Below, one piece after another: positions 1 to 13,926 of a stretch of DNA of 64,000 nucleotides. Where the stretch lies: NCBI GenBank assembly GCA_008632985.1, contig QPGO01000010.1, positions 372,001 through 436,000 of the forward strand. Direction: 5' to 3'. The translations under genes were made by a program, and so were the position numbers. Every line of letters starts with the position of its first letter. Position 1 is the stretch's first letter. Below the pieces are notes generated by a model. It was not told the origin of the DNA and did not search any database. It saw only the letters and a program-made list of their open reading frames with translations. Source of the DNA: Psammoneis japonica (Eukaryota).

Positions 1-929
1 AATCACCGTGTTTAATAGATAGAGCCACCAGGAGCCCACCCGCTGCGCCCAAGATGGCCAAGATCCATGTCACCAAGGTCCAACCGCCACCATACCCATT
101 CTCTCCACCACCCTCGTGAAACATGAAGGAGAGGTAAACTGGAAAGCTCCACAAGGCCAACTGAAATTTCGTTCCCATATATCCAATTGTTCGCCACTGG
201 CTTTTATCACCTTTTCAAAGTAAATTGACGCAAACCCGCTCAGCGTCACTTCGACTAGCACTGCCACTGTGCCCAGTATTTGATTGTTTCCGTCCACGGA
301 CATCGGAGCCCCGTCCTTCCAGATGGGCTCAGAAAATAGCAAGACGCCCAGCATTAGAGCTACAAGAGCACGCCATTGAGTTGTGGTGTAGTGACGCCGC
401 AATATTAGAGTGGAAAAGGTGGCAGTCGTCAAGATTTTGCATTGCGCAAAAATAGTAAACATTCCAGCACCAATGTTTCGCAACGAAATGTAGCTGAGAA
501 TGTTCATGAGTCCGTACAGAATTGCCAAAACAAACATCTTTTGAGACTTCTGAGCTAAATAGTTGAGTCGACTCCATATTGAATCGCCTTGCGGTAGATT
601 CCCCGAAATCATCCATGCGGCATACACCATTTTCATTGCTTCACCCATCAAAAGTACCTCGTGCTGGTCGAGCAGACGGGAATAAGTGTCAGCAGACATC
701 ACATTCGTGCGGTATTTATTGACTCGACCGCCTAGAAAATAACAACAGCGCTTACCTTGGAATAGTCCTCTTTCAGAATCCCCTGACTGTACCGTCTCAG
801 TACGGTGAACATTGAGTTTTGCAAACAGAGAATCATCAGCACCACGAGTTTGGTGCTGTTGAGACATGATGATAGCCCTCGACGATTCTTTCCATTCACA
901 TCATCAGGTGTCGAAGGCGTTGCTGCCAT
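1..929 (-). CDS. Nucleotide-sugar transporter (SLC35A / CMP-sialic acid / UDP-galactose transporter family), 3' end outside window
   Basis: ATG at 929; exon 929-756 (…LCLQNSMFTVLRRYSQ…), GT-AG intron 755-664, exon from 663 (HEVLLMGEAMK…AQCKILTTATFS…LSGFASIYFEKVIK…IWERNF). Adding one base in the A-run at 164-166 restores …NFQLALWSFPVY…GGLLVALSIKHGD to the window edge. Confidence 0.88.
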
Positions 930-1664
930 TGTACCACTCTTAATTTATGAAGATAATCTGATTGCTTTTCTTCTCCCACTAGGCTGCCAATATCATGTAC
1001 AAATACGGAAAGAATTGAACACGGAGCTTTGAGCTGAAAATGGAGATAATGACCCGCAGCGCAGCGCCTCGTCTGCTTGTCCGTGACGGACTTATTCTTT
1101 TATTGCGACTGTGCAATACAAAATTCCAAACTCTCGAATAAGCTATTCCATTCACCAATACGAAAATCAATTACAGTTTAATATCCGTGTCTGTTCACAG
1201 GTGCCAGGTGCAGCTCTGATGATTGCTCGTCTTACCGCAAGGGCGAATAAGATCTTAAAGTGTCCCAATGTGCATGGTGAAGAATCAGCTCCCGCACACC
1301 AGCCCTACTGTACGCCTTTGACAACATCATCATCATGGACCCGATACGCGCAAGGCCTCGGCAACAAGAACCACACGGGAGGCTGTGAATTATGAACATT
1401 CATGATTGAATGTATTATATAGACTTCATGAATTATATATGAGATCGAATACTTCTATTATAATGAAACCCGAACCGCGATCTTGCCGCGACCACAAACC
1501 CGAACAAGAACAAAAGGTCGCGAAAACGAGGGAAACGGGAAACGACTCCGAGACGAAAACAACACGCAACTCGAACCCATCTATGCAATTTTCTGTTCAC
1601 AATCGAAAAGACATTCCTCCGCGCCTCCACTTCTCACGGATAGAAACATTTTGACAAAGAAGTC

Positions 1665-3572
1665 ATGCCACGGCCAAAGTCTAAAGCAAAAGGCAAGGAG
1701 GCCCAAATCGCTTCGCTTGTAGAGCTTTTGATGAACGAGCCTTCTCTGAACAATGAGATCCCCGTCAAGCGTGACAAGAACAGTCAACCTTGGTGTCACA
1801 TGGAGCTTTTCGCTCGTACTCTTGAAAATGGTCGTGACTTGGTCCACACGTGCTTTGTGATTTTGGACGGAGTTGAAAGACCAGCAAAGGGGGAAACCCT
1901 CAAAATACCGCGAAGGCCTACAAGACGAGTTGCTGAAATGTCTCCTGGTTTTGCACATGGTAGTTCAGCGTCAGACAAAGTGGCGGAATAAGAGTAGGTT
2001 GAAACAATATTGGCATTCGCGAAGATACAAGCGAGAATTGCAAGACTTTTGCGCTCAGTTTCGTGCAAGCAAAGAACGGATTCATGCCGGTTTCAATCCC
2101 TACCAAAGAAAGAAGATCGGGTTGAAAATTCCGATCATATTGGAAGCACCGGCGAAATTTACATCTGAACCACTAGTTGGACAGAGCAGAGCAAAAATTC
2201 TGCAAGAATTAGACAAAAAGATCTCGAAGGAATCAAGACAAACTACCATGGTCGCTCTCGTTGGTGGTGCCGGGACAGGAAAGAGCCATATCGCCGGCCA
2301 GTTCGTTAGGAAATGGATGAATCAGAAGAGCAATGAAAAAGACGTTCATCGTACAGTCTTTTGGCTATCAGCACAAACCGAAGAAAGTCTTCGTGAAGGG
2401 TACGTGCAAATCTTGAATCAAGCAAATGAAGAAACACCGCGTATAATCGAAAAGAGCGGTATTGGCAACTATGTTGAAATAAGCACTATGCAATTAGCTC
2501 GACAGGTATGGAATAAGCTTGAATGTCTATCAGCACTTGGTATCGACTGGCTTGTTGTTTTGGATCACGTTCCAGAGGTTCTCGATGGTTTGCAAGGTGC
2601 TGGGTCGTTTCTTCCTTTCTTTTTCCCTACTTGCTTGGTGAACGACACAACTGCTCCGTCGCGAGGAAGTATTCTCTTTACAACGCGGTCCACCGAGTTT
2701 GACTGTGAATCTCGTCTGGGGGTAATATCTCCTATCGCTGTGAATGCTCTCTCGGACTCTGAAGCGGTTGCCATGCTAACAGCCAGACTATCTGACGACT
2801 GCAAAGATGCTCAACTAGAACATCTGCTGCAATGATCATAGCTGACATATTTGGTCCGGAAGAAAGCGGTGCATTGCCTCTGGCAGTTGTCACACTAGCA
2901 AATGACATCGAGAGCAATTCGAAAGCATGCCAGGGCGGTGTGACACGAGCTGTGCTTGTGTCAGCCCAAACGAAGGCTACGACCGCAATCATGGAATCGA
3001 TTGAACCAGTGTTGAAGCACCTATTTCACGAAGGAGATGGACAGGTTTTAACCGCTTTGGGTTCTTGGCACTCGCCCCATGACTTGAACGCTTTAGAGAA
3101 ACAAAGCGTTGAAGGCGAAATGAATTATATGGAAGAGGACGGGATGCTGATGTGCCTGGACCGTCTTTTTCGTCTAGGTATTGTTCAATGGGATGACACA
3201 CGAGAGGTTTACACGATCAACAAACTATATCAACTTGCGATTCAAGCCTACTTGGGAAAGCGGCGGAACACACACCTGAAAAGGAAAAAGAGCAAGGTGG
3301 TTCGATTTGCTTCTTGCCTGAAGTTGCCATCCTTCAAGCATAGAGAAGAGGCGAAGTCCGTAAAACAAGGTAACCACGCGATTCCTGACTTCATACTTTT
3401 GGACTTTGAAGATAGAAAACTCAGAGACTCCTTGCCCCCCTCGTCACAGATTTTGCATGCCGATGACCCTAACAAGTACGCAGAGAGCAGAATTGCATGC
3501 TCGGAGGTAATTAGAGATGTAATGTGTGTGGTGGTAGCGTTGCTGACGATAATTGCATTGAAGGCAATGTGA
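1665..3572 (+). CDS. NB-ARC/STAND-class P-loop ATPase domain protein (two apparent 1-bp frameshifts, ~1890 and ~2820)
   Basis: Walker A GGAGTGKS, VFWLSA, Walker B WLVVLDHV and ILFTTR in ORF 1873-2835; GxP-type motif GALPLAV in the next ORF 2832-3572. One extra A at 2819-2820 joins the frames (LETSAAMII). Joining to the upstream ORF from ATG 1665 is less certain. Confidence 0.7.
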
Positions 3573-4058
3573 AGATATGGAATGAGTAACGGATTTTAGG
3601 AACATATTAGCATGCACTGCATTATCATCATTGTGCGATTGTCTTCCTGTTCAAGCTGCTTTCGTTGGCGCCACTGAAAATGAAGCGACACTCACTGTCG
3701 ATATCGTGGCTTGCCGAGAAGACGACAAGGATGTGCAAAGAGAAGCTGTTGAAGACAAACTGCTGCAGGATTGTACGAATATTTTGCGATTCCTGGAACT
3801 GGTTGGACAGATTGCTGGACAGATTGCGGAATCTTGTCTTTATGCGCTGCGGCCATCTTCAAAACGTTCGTAGTTTGATTGTTCGCCATTTTCACACAGT
3901 AGCTCGATTTCTATTAGGCTGCAGTATGTAGCAGGCGATAACATGTTGTGTCGGAGTTCAGCTTGAAAAAGCCTTGGGGTCGAAGTCGGCTCTCTAGATA
4001 ATACATAAGGTAAGGAGACTGGGCTAGAATGTTAAGTTTATGTACCGCCACTCTAATC

Positions 4059-7000
4059 TCACCAGTCATCTCCGAAATCGTCCATATTATCCTCCTCTGC
4101 CTTAGCTGCTTCTGCCGCGGCTGACGCCTCCTCTGCTGCTATCCTCTCAGCTTCGGCAGCAGCCTCAGCAGCCGCTTCAGCCTCCGCAGCAGCGGCTGCA
4201 GCCGCTTCCTCCTCTGCCCGAGCAGCAGCAGCTGCTGCTGCGGCAGCCTCTTGAGCGTCATCGACTGCCGTTTCTGGAGCCTTCTCCTCTTGAATTGGAA
4301 CGTCAGCTGCCGGTGGCGGCACTGGCGCAGAACGAGCCTTGATGAGTTCAATGAGATTCAGATCCAAGTCATCCTTGGCAGTAAGATAATCTTTGGCAGG
4401 CATTCCGGACGCTTTCGTTGCTTCTCGCTGAGATAAGAACATTTGCTCTACCTGAAGAGCAATGTCAACGTCTGGAAAGAGCTCGCGATTCTCCGATGGA
4501 GTCGCCAAGGACTTGGCAGCAGTTTCACTGACACCCTTGAGATCCTCCTTCCACAAGGCCACAATCTCATCGACGCGAGATGGCATGTAGGTCCGGGCGA
4601 AAAAGGCAGCCTCTGGAAGACGCTTGGTTTCGATGAGCAAATCGGCACATGCTTCCACGTTGCCCGTCAATAGGTAGGCGACAAATGCCACATTGGTCTT
4701 CCCGTCTCCCGAAGCCAGCTTGGCAAGCTTCTCCATTCCATCCATGTTCCCTGTAGCCGAGTACAAGAGCAAGAGCCCAGGAAAGTCATTGCTGGCAATG
4801 CTCGCCGACTCACACAGCTCTAAATTCGTATCCTTGAGAGCGGCATCACTCAAGCGCTTCCACTTAGCGAGTGTATCGGTCGAATCCTTGTCTTCTTCTG
4901 GCGTATCTTGCACCAACTTATGTGCCAAATCAATTTGTCCAAGCTCCAATGCTAGGTCAAACTTGTGATCCGGATCCGTCGTAACCTCCATGGCTTCTTC
5001 CTTGAATCCCTGTGATTCCAAAAACCGAGCGACACCAGTGTATGCCGACTCTGGAATGGAAGGCAACAGTTCGTTCGCAGCATCAAAGTCCCCACGCATA
5101 ATGGCAGTTTGATACTGAAGCACCGCAAGCATCACCTTGTAAGAAACGACATTGAGCGATTTGTCGATAAGGTACACCCGGTCCTCCTTGGCGAGATAGC
5201 CCAAAACCGTGTGGGCCGTGGTTCCGGCCGCCGTCGTGTCCAAGTGCACAATTGTTTGGATCTGTCCACCGACGCTATAGTTGAGGCGTCCGACATTGTT
5301 CACGTAGATGAAGCAGTCGCCAACCCACTTTCCAGAGGTGATGGTGTCCGAGATTTCGTACAACAAATCAAAGCTTCCGTCAATACCGTTCTCTGGTGAA
5401 ATCTGACCCGACGCAATGGCATTATGGGTGACATTCTCGTCAAAGGAAAGGACGTAAGCGGTATCCTCACAAGCCAAAAGTACCATATTGCCGGCGTCGG
5501 ACCAATAGACCTCTTTGGGTTCGACGTCAATCTTGCGAACAAACTCTCCACTCTCCCAGTCATAAAACAATACTCCGGCATCACCTCCCTTGACTCCCAT
5601 CATGTGTCCGCCAAAGAGCCCAGTGGCGGCCGCTGTAGCCGGTCGGATGGATTGATGTTCCTTGAAGTTCTTGAAAATCTTGATGCTCGATGTGCTTTCC
5701 CGAATAGCATAGTCACCCGTGCCAGAGCCGCTCCAAACAAAGTCCAGAGCTTGACCAAAGGCCTTGTTACGGAGAGCCTGAGCGGTGTAGATGATGAATT
5801 CTCCGTCACCACAAACGGCCACAAAGCGTCCGTTACAGTTGTGTTTGAGCATTTGGGGATACAAGTCACATGCACCAAGGTCTCGGGGAATAATGGGAAG
5901 ACGATCACCATCCGGGAGACCTTCGTCGTCTCCCCCCGATCCAGAAGCTACTCCACGTACAGAAGTGGTTTGGATGTCGTTGTTGGTGGCCCAGACAATC
6001 TTTCCTGTAGCATCCATGGACACGACGGGTTCGTCTGATCCGAGCTCGATACATACGCAACCCTCGTCAAAGCCAATGGCAAGCTTGTTCGAGTCGGGCG
6101 TGGCGGCAAGTGCCCAGGCTCGCTCCATGCCGTAGTTGAGAGTTGTTTCGGCACGGTATGTTGTACTCTGCCAAATACGAACCGTGCCATCTTCGGAAGC
6201 AGAAGCAATGATGGGTAGCTTCGGATGGAACATGACGGCACAAACGTTGTGAGAGTGCCCCTCTAAGGAATGCACGATGGACTTGGTCTGGATTGCAAAT
6301 GTGAGAAAGAGCAGATACGGGTGAGAAGAAATGCGAAACAATGTACGTAACAACTACTGAATAACTACGACGCACCTGGTAATCCCAAATTTTGACCGTC
6401 CTGTCGTCTGCACCACTCAGAATGTAAGGCTTATCACCACTGGGATAGTAATCGATGCAGTTGACTCCCCGCTCGTGTCCCTCGAGGGTGTAGTGAGGAG
6501 AGTGTGATCCCAGTCCCCATACCTTGATGCTCCTATCCAAACTAGCACTCGCAAAGGTGTTGGTGTCCTTCGGATTGAACTTGACTTGCATGACATAGTG
6601 AGCGTGTCCCTCAAACATTTGGGTACAATCAAATCCGCGGTCCCAATCCCATAGCTTGATGGTCATATCATCGGACGAAGACAGAACGTATGGGAGGGTG
6701 GGATGAACTTCGACACTACGAATGTAATCAGCGTGCGCTTCAAACTCCTTAATTTTCTCCATGGTGTTGTAATTGAACACACGCAACCGCATATCATCTG
6801 ACGCGGCCAAAAACCACTGTTTGCGTGCGAGAAACTTGGCACAACGCACCGGGAGCTCTGACAACTCAAACGACTTCACGCAGGCACCTGATTCGTAATC
6901 CCAAATCATCACGTTGCCACTGTATAGGGCAGACAGAACCCATGGCTCTGAGGGATGTAAGTCGACCGACTTGACGCGCTCCGAAGAGGCGGAGAGCTTC

Positions 7001-7208
7001 TTCTTGATGTCTAGGCGAAGTGGCTGCAAAGCGCGTAGAGGAACAACAACGTGAGAGTCAGTAGCAGGTGAGACTTAATTGCAATTCAGTAGTGACAAAC
7101 GTCACGACGACAACACAGGAACCGATCTAAACAATCATACTGCCGTATCGTGCGCATAATGAGGCGGCTTTCGCCCAGTGCACCGTTCCAGAGAGACCAA
7201 CGTACCAT
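4059..7208 (-). CDS. COPB2: Coatomer subunit beta' (beta'-COP/Sec27)
   Basis: Exons 7208-7206 (ATG only), 7023-6376 and 6287-4059; GT-AG introns 7205-7024 and 6375-6288. Protein [11 protein letters not shown]…RVKSVDLHP…WD40 repeats…[12 protein letters not shown], about 959 aa, ending in an Ala/Glu-rich acidic tail. Confidence 0.97.
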
Positions 7209-8368
7209 GGTGGATCGCTGCTGCCGCTGTTTGAGGAATGACCGTGCGCCTTCCAATGCCCGTGTAGAATTCTACGTGGTTGCAATACCGTTCCAACACT
7301 TTGGATATTTGCACGCGAGCTCGAAGTTGAGAAAGCTCGTATTCCCACAGGGAGGATGGAAGGATAGACGGACGTTCTACATACCTGCACCTACGGTATC
7401 TACCGTACCGTATCTACCCACCTGCAAGTGCAGAACAGCTGTCCGTCCTCATCTACACGTGCTGTGCCAAACCGTACAGTGCTTGTCACTCTACTCTCTA
7501 TCTCTACTCTAGCTAGAGAGTGGACTAGAGTTCTACTTATCGGTGCAACCAGTTTGCTCTAAACTCTTGTAGAACAACAAACACTGTGGCAAGAGGATGC
7601 TTTGACCGATCCGAAAGTTGCAAAAGGTCTGCATTCATGCAGCCTGCTGCAGCTGTTTCCCACTTCCTCAAAATGACGTGGCCCAGCTGGAGAGAGCCAA
7701 AGCTCTGTGACCCGCATCCTCAAACTGCTTCAAAGCAAACCAATTTTTTTGTTGCTGAGAAAAATTGTTCAAGCACTGGAGTGCAAGCAGCATGAAACTG
7801 TGCTGGATTTTTCCTCAATCCAAAGGCGGTGACTGTTTCGTGGCTCCACGGCTTCGAAGAGATGGGCTCGAAGCCTTGCTGCCTGAACAGCTTCTTGACA
7901 ATGACTCTCCTGACATGAAAGCCATTGGCAGAAATGATTGAAGGAAAGCAAGGATTGATTGTCGATTTTAGAACCTGAAGAGAAAATTGAATCAGTCGGA
8001 AGCAAAGTCATTTGAATGGCACCAAAGAGTCAATGTGGGTGGACTTTCCAATGCCATCCTCGGTTTGCGGTTTGACATGTCAAGGACTTGCAAGCCATTC
8101 ATGACATTGAGAGTTCTTAGATTTTTCTCTCTGGCACCGGCAGCTGTCTGTCAGGGGCAGGCTGCGCTTGAGACACACCCCCCACTTCCTGGCCTGAAAT
8201 TACGAGCATGCCTTTTGACTCGCATGTGGCAACACAAGGATGGTTCTCTCATTTCAACTCCCCATTGCTGCCTGCAGCACCTGTGTCAGCATGCATGGAC
8301 AGGTTGGCTGGCTGCAATGGCTTTTAGAAATGGACGTGGAGTCTTTTCCGAAGTGGTGCACCCGCACA

Positions 8369-8609
8369 TGTTGAAATTTGTCCTTCTGGTGACTGTTCCA
8401 GAGCCACCTCAGTCCTCTGGGGTCCGATCCTGAGGGTGAAACAGACAAGCTTGTTATCACAATGCTTTCCAAGAGTCAAAAAAGAACAATGGCTGCTTCC
8501 ATTGGCAGTTTCAGTGCTTCACGTGGAGCACATGAGCACTGGCGCATGAATCTTCTTCTTCGCACCATCTGGTTTTGGTGCTTGGACTTTCAACCCACCA
8601 TTTCCAACA
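8369..8609 (-). repeat. 3' LTR of the Copia element
   Basis: Alignable over its length to 13688-13926; TG…CA ends; purine-rich CAGCAGGAGTG immediately upstream on the minus strand (PPT-like). Confidence 0.93.
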
Positions 8610-11600
8610 CACTCCTGCTGACCAATGACAAGATTCTCACTGTTTCCAAATTTAACCATCTTGGGCACTTGGATGTTCATGATGGCCTGATGATCAACAA
8701 TGAGCTTCTCACCAACCACAGGTTTGGTCATGTGATCTGCCATCATCTTGTCCATTGGGCAGAACTCAATCTCGAGTTCTCCTTGCTTGATGAGGTCAGT
8801 GATGTAAAAATGCTTGATGTGAAAATGTCTGGTGCATTTGCCTGAGCTGGCCTTTCCATTTTGTTCTAATTTCATGCAAATTTAGTTGTCACGATGTGTG
8901 ATGTTGTGCTTGACTTCAAAACCTTGAGCTTCAATGAAACGCTTGGTCCAAAGGACCTTCACCAAAACATCATCTCCTGCAACAATCTCCACTTCCACAG
9001 AACTCCTGGTGTTGATCATCTGCTTTGCACTGACAGATGCAATGATGCCTTTTCCAAGGGTAGAACCTGTGTGACTTTTGCAGTCCGGATGGACTGCAAA
9101 TGCGGCATCCGTGTGCCACTTGATGACAACTTTGTCTCCAGCCAACATGACTGTGACATCAAGCTGGGTTGTCTTGAGGAGAAATTCATGAGCCTCACCA
9201 GCTTTGACCAATCTGATTCATTTGGATCCTTTGCTCTGGTGGAGAGAAAAACAATTCCAGGCTGAATGTCCTGCCTGGCTCTCTTGCAAACAAACATGCT
9301 CTTCATCACAAAAGTGCAAAATGCTCGAGCATGCCTGAGATCCAACTTCTTGGCTGTCTCGTCCACCTTGTTGAGCTTCTTGCTCTGTGGGCAATCCATG
9401 TCACCCAACAATTCTTCTGGGAACTCCTTGAAGAATTCCTTGGCCATTCCTTGCACACAGAGCACCATGTCAACTTGCAGTGCTCCTGGAATGGAGTGAT
9501 CCAGAGTCATGGCTGAACAGTCATGCCTCTTTCCACATGTTGCTTTGACCTTTCCGATCTCATCTGCGTGAGTTTTGTCAAGCCAAATCTTAAATTCATT
9601 GTTGACCTTGCTGTCAACATGGCTGAACTTCAAATCATCTGCATGCCATGTCGCCGTGTGTTGTTTTCCATTCATGATGCGATTGGTGACACATGGATCA
9701 CAAGGGTTAATTTCAAATCTGATTCCTTCAATGTCTCTGCGAAACTTCTTGCAACAAAAAATGGAAGACACCAACATTCCACAGAGTGCCTTCAGCATTT
9801 TGACACATTTGCCTTTGCACACAATGCAGTCCTGGCAAGTGTCTGGATCTAATTCCAGCAACATGTCCACCATCCTTCCATGGATCTTCACAACAATCTT
9901 TTCATCCTTGACCTCAATGTCCATTTGCACAAATGTGCTCAAGATGTCTGCTGTCATGGCATCTCGGCCTTGCTTGGCATCAATCACTCCTGTGATGAGA
10001 ACAGATTCAGTGGATGCTGTTGGGCTGGCGGTTTCATCTCAGTCCATGTGCTCTCATTGCATGCTTCTGTTTGCACACAACCTGGACTTGACTCATCCAT
10101 CTCTTTTCTCTGTGAGAAACATGAGGCTCTCCATGGCTTCCTCTCCAGAGGAGTCATGTCTTTGATGTGAATGGGTTTGAAAACCACTCCATCATGGATC
10201 TGCTTCAGCTCCGACACCGCCAACTTGTGGCCTTCTTCTCCAAACTTCTGGAGTCCTCGTGCCAAGCTGCAAGTCTGAGTGAATTGATGTGCTTCTTCAA
10301 TGGCAGAAATTGTGCTGACCTTCTTGTTCCACTGGCACATTGTCATGGCCATGATTCTGGCCGTCTCCAAGCTGCACTCTTCTTCTTGTGAGTGAGCTTG
10401 AGTCTGCAGATGTCATTGGCAGTCTCCTAATCTTGCCAGAGGTTTCAGAGTCCTTCCTCCCCTGGATGTGGCAACAGGCTCTTTTTGAACACTTTCTTCA
10501 GTTTCACTCTGCTCCTCTCCAGATTTGTCATCAGATTCCAGCTCTTGCATTTTGTCAATGATCTCTTGCACTTTTGGAGAGTGTTCTTTCTCTTGTTCCA
10601 GTCTCTGTTGTTCATCAATGTGGTCAATCATGTCATCAATTTCTTGTGAGATTCCACTGCCGTCTGATGGTTGAGAACCAACTTCGTCATTGTCTCCAAG
10701 ATCATGCTCATCATTGGAGGCTTCTTCTTGATTTTCGTCTTGTTTTCCGCAGCTGGCTTCTTCATCCAATTCTTGATCTTGGATTGTTTCTTGCAGCTCT
10801 TCTTGACTGACTCTGTCACAGTCTCCCCAGTCCAGCTCTTCTTCCTTGTTGTCTTCTGTTTCAATGTCTTCCTCTGGATCACAGTCTTCATCTTCAAATT
10901 GATCTTCATTGCAATCCACTCCTGCAAGCCAAGAAGCACTGTCGTGCAAAACAGCTCCAGCGCAGTTCTGAATCTTGAGACCATTTGGCATCTTGTTCAT
11001 TTCAGCCAAACAATGAACCTGCTTGATGATGGTGGGAGCAATGGGCACAGGGGTGACCTTGCAATGGGTGATCTCCTTGCCTGTTTGCAAGTGCAGCAAC
11101 TGATGTCCAATCTGGTTGCTGTTGGTGGGGCACAAATGAGTGCAATCCAAGGTCCGTGACTCTTGGGTGTTCTTGGGGTCTGGGTTGTCATGAGCCTGCA
11201 CACAAGTGCCGAATGTGATCTTGCAGCTCTTGTCACAGTCTAGACTCTTTTGATGGAGAATCATTCTTGGACTGTAATGTTTGGAAATGCCATGCTTGGC
11301 TGCAAATGTTGAGCTTCTCAGCAGCTTTGGTGACCATGAGTTTTGGCAGATGCTTGAATGGCAGCTGATGACAGGCTGCCCTGGTGTGTTCTTGAACAAC
11401 TTGCTTGTTCCTTTTGGCTTCTGGGGCATGCTCCTGAGCGCCAACGCAGTTCATCTTAAGATCAAGCTTGTCTTCCAGTGCACTCCCAATGGGCCTGCAT
11501 TTGTTGTCACAACGAATGCATGTGACCTTCAAACCAGCCTTGTTGTGGACTCGCGGCACATCTTCCAGAGCTTCTTGATGAGTTGGCTGGGTCACATCCT

Positions 11601-13687
11601 TGAGCGGTTGTGCAGTGCGACAAAAAAATGTTTTGTGACACTGTGGTGAGGAATGGCAATCCATTCACCTTGAGTCCATCCAGGCAAAGAGTGACCTTGT
11701 GCTGCACTGCAATGAGCTCCGTGGGGATCTCTGCACCATCTTCTGCAACTGGCTCTGGCTTCTGCCTTGTGACCTTGCCTTTCAGACTTCCAATGTCTGG
11801 TCCAAAGATCTTCTTGGCCAAATCTACATCCTCCATTGTCATGGAATTGTTCTTGATGCTGTTCATGTGAATGATGGCCTTCAGATCGTTCACAGTTGGG
11901 TTTCCTGATGCACGCAACAATTCCCCAGCTCTCTTGGCTTTCTCAAACTGTTGTGGAGTGTAGAACTTCTTGTTCTCTTCCACACTCTCCACAAATTGGA
12001 GTTGAGCTCCAGTGTCTTCAATCTTGGGCTTGTAAACATGCAGCCCTTTTCCATCCTCCTCGAACCTGATTTTCTTGTTGGGCAGATGAACGGTGAATGC
12101 ATTGTCTTGTGAGGAATCACTTGTGATCCTGTGCTTCTTCTTCATGTTGGAGCAAGCAAAAATGTTGGTGATTGCATCTGGTTTGAACCAAGTCTTGCCA
12201 AACCCTGGTGCCATGGCCTTGTGAGTTGTGACCAGGACTGCGCCATTGATGTGCAATTTCATGACTTCATCCAATGGACAGATGTCTCTGACAAGCTTCT
12301 CGTTGCAGAAGATGGTGGTTGTAGACTGGTTGTCTGATGAAATCCAGTCTCTCATGCTGCCAGATTGATCCTGGCAGAGAGATGCATCGATGTGTGTGCC
12401 AGCCCATCCTGAAACAGCAGATTTTGTTCTAGCGGATTCTTTGGCAAAAGAGTTGGCTGGCTGCACTGGCATCGTCACTTGCTTGAGTGTTGCTTGCTTC
12501 TTGCTTAAAACTTTGGCCTTGTTGATGGCCCATTCTGCTTGAGGTTTTCCTGGCCTTTCCCAGCACTTGTTGGAATGATGTCCTGCTTTGCCACAGCAAT
12601 GACACTTGCCTTCTAACTGAGCAAAGGACAGGGTGATTTCTTGGTTTTCTTCTTGTTTCTTGGAATCAGAGTTGATGTTTTGGTTGTTCCAATCAAAAGT
12701 GTGGTTGCACAACACCATGTTGGCTTCCGCAACAGACTTGGGACATTGGCCATTCTTGAGTGACTGCTGAGTGTTCAATCCTGTCAGAGTTGACCCACAC
12801 TTGCGCTGGTCTGCTTTCTCCAAGCACGTGCAACCCATCAATTGACTGAATGCCTCATCTTGACACTTCTTGATGGAATCTGAATTGTGCTCATTGCAAT
12901 CTGGCATGCCTTCCACTGCCTTGGTGAGGACAATCGGCCCTCTAATGTGAAGTTTCATGATGTCTCTTGCAACCCTGGTGAATCTCTTGGCACGACCTTG
13001 TTTCCAGCGCAGCTCTCATCAAATCTGAGATGACAGCCATGTCGTGCCTGTGCTCTTGACAGTTCAACACATGCTCCTCAATGGCCTTGAGCAACTCAAT
13101 GGGGTTGTTTTCAATTTTGGTTTGGAGCTCGGTTCTTGCTTGAATCTTGTTTTTCATGGCCTTGAAGCATCTCTCCCAGAGCAAGCACAAGCCTTTGTGA
13201 GGTTGTTCTCACAAGTCTGAGTCCTGTTGATGTGAGCATCAAATTCAGTCTTGAGCTCAATTTTGTGCCATTTGTTTGATGGCACGTCCGCCTTGTCATC
13301 TCCAGCCAAGCTGACCTGCAAAGTCGGCTTCTTGGAACTCATGCCACATGGAGTGCAAGTGTTGAGTGCAGCTGCAATGTCGTTTCCAAACTCACAAGTC
13401 TTTTCAATGCAGTTGATGATGAACTCAGCTGCAATCTGAAAATTAGATGCTTGCTTGGCACTCCCAACACAGCAGACACAATCATTGATGCCCTTGTGGC
13501 TTTGCTTGCCACTCTTGTTGCCCCTTCCTGAGGGTCCTCTTCCTTGGCTTTCATCGCCAGTTCTGCCTCTGCCTCTTCCACTCATGATGAAATGGCAAAG
13601 CAGCAAAACATCTCACACAACATGAGGGTGACTCTTTTCTTTCTTGCTTTCTTTTCGCAGCTCTCAGCTGGATGCTTCTCTTTCAGC

Positions 13688-13926
13688 TGTTGAAATTTGT
13701 CCTTCTGGCGACTGTTCCAGAGCCACCTCAGTCCTCCAAGGTCTCATCCTGAGGGTGAAACAGACAAGCTTCTTGTCACAATGCTTTCTAAGAGTTGGAA
13801 GAGAACAATGACTGCTTCCATCGGCAGTTTTGGTGCTTCACGTGGAGCACATGAGGGCTGACGCAAGCATCTTCTTCACAGCCATCTAATTTTGGTGCTT
13901 GGTCTTTTAATCCACCATTTCCAACA
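13688..13926 (-). repeat. 5' LTR of the Copia element
   Basis: Direct repeat of 8369-8609, followed by TSD GCACA. Confidence 0.93.

Larger units (their letters stand above)
8369..13926 (-). mobile_element. Full-length but degenerate Ty1/Copia (CoDi-like) LTR retrotransposon
   Basis: Two ~240-bp LTRs (TGTTGAAA…TTCCAACA) and a 5-bp TSD GCACA (8364-8368, 13927-13931). Minus-strand remnants in Copia order: gag (from ~13585), zinc knuckle CHCCGKAGHHSNKC, protease WISSDNQS, integrase, RT (INPCDPCV, WHADDLK) and RNase H (KHFYITD…ADHMTKP). Many stops and frameshifts. Confidence 0.95.

Noticed and set aside
3631..3931. Short ORFs between the NB-ARC gene and COPB2
   Set aside because: No recognisable motifs, non-ATG starts; probably UTR or intergenic.
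8369..13926. Alternative genetic code or ADAR-type RNA editing as the explanation for missing Tyr
   Set aside because: Changes occur on both strands, in LTRs, introns and non-coding repeats, and differ between the two LTRs. Neighbouring genes use Tyr normally.
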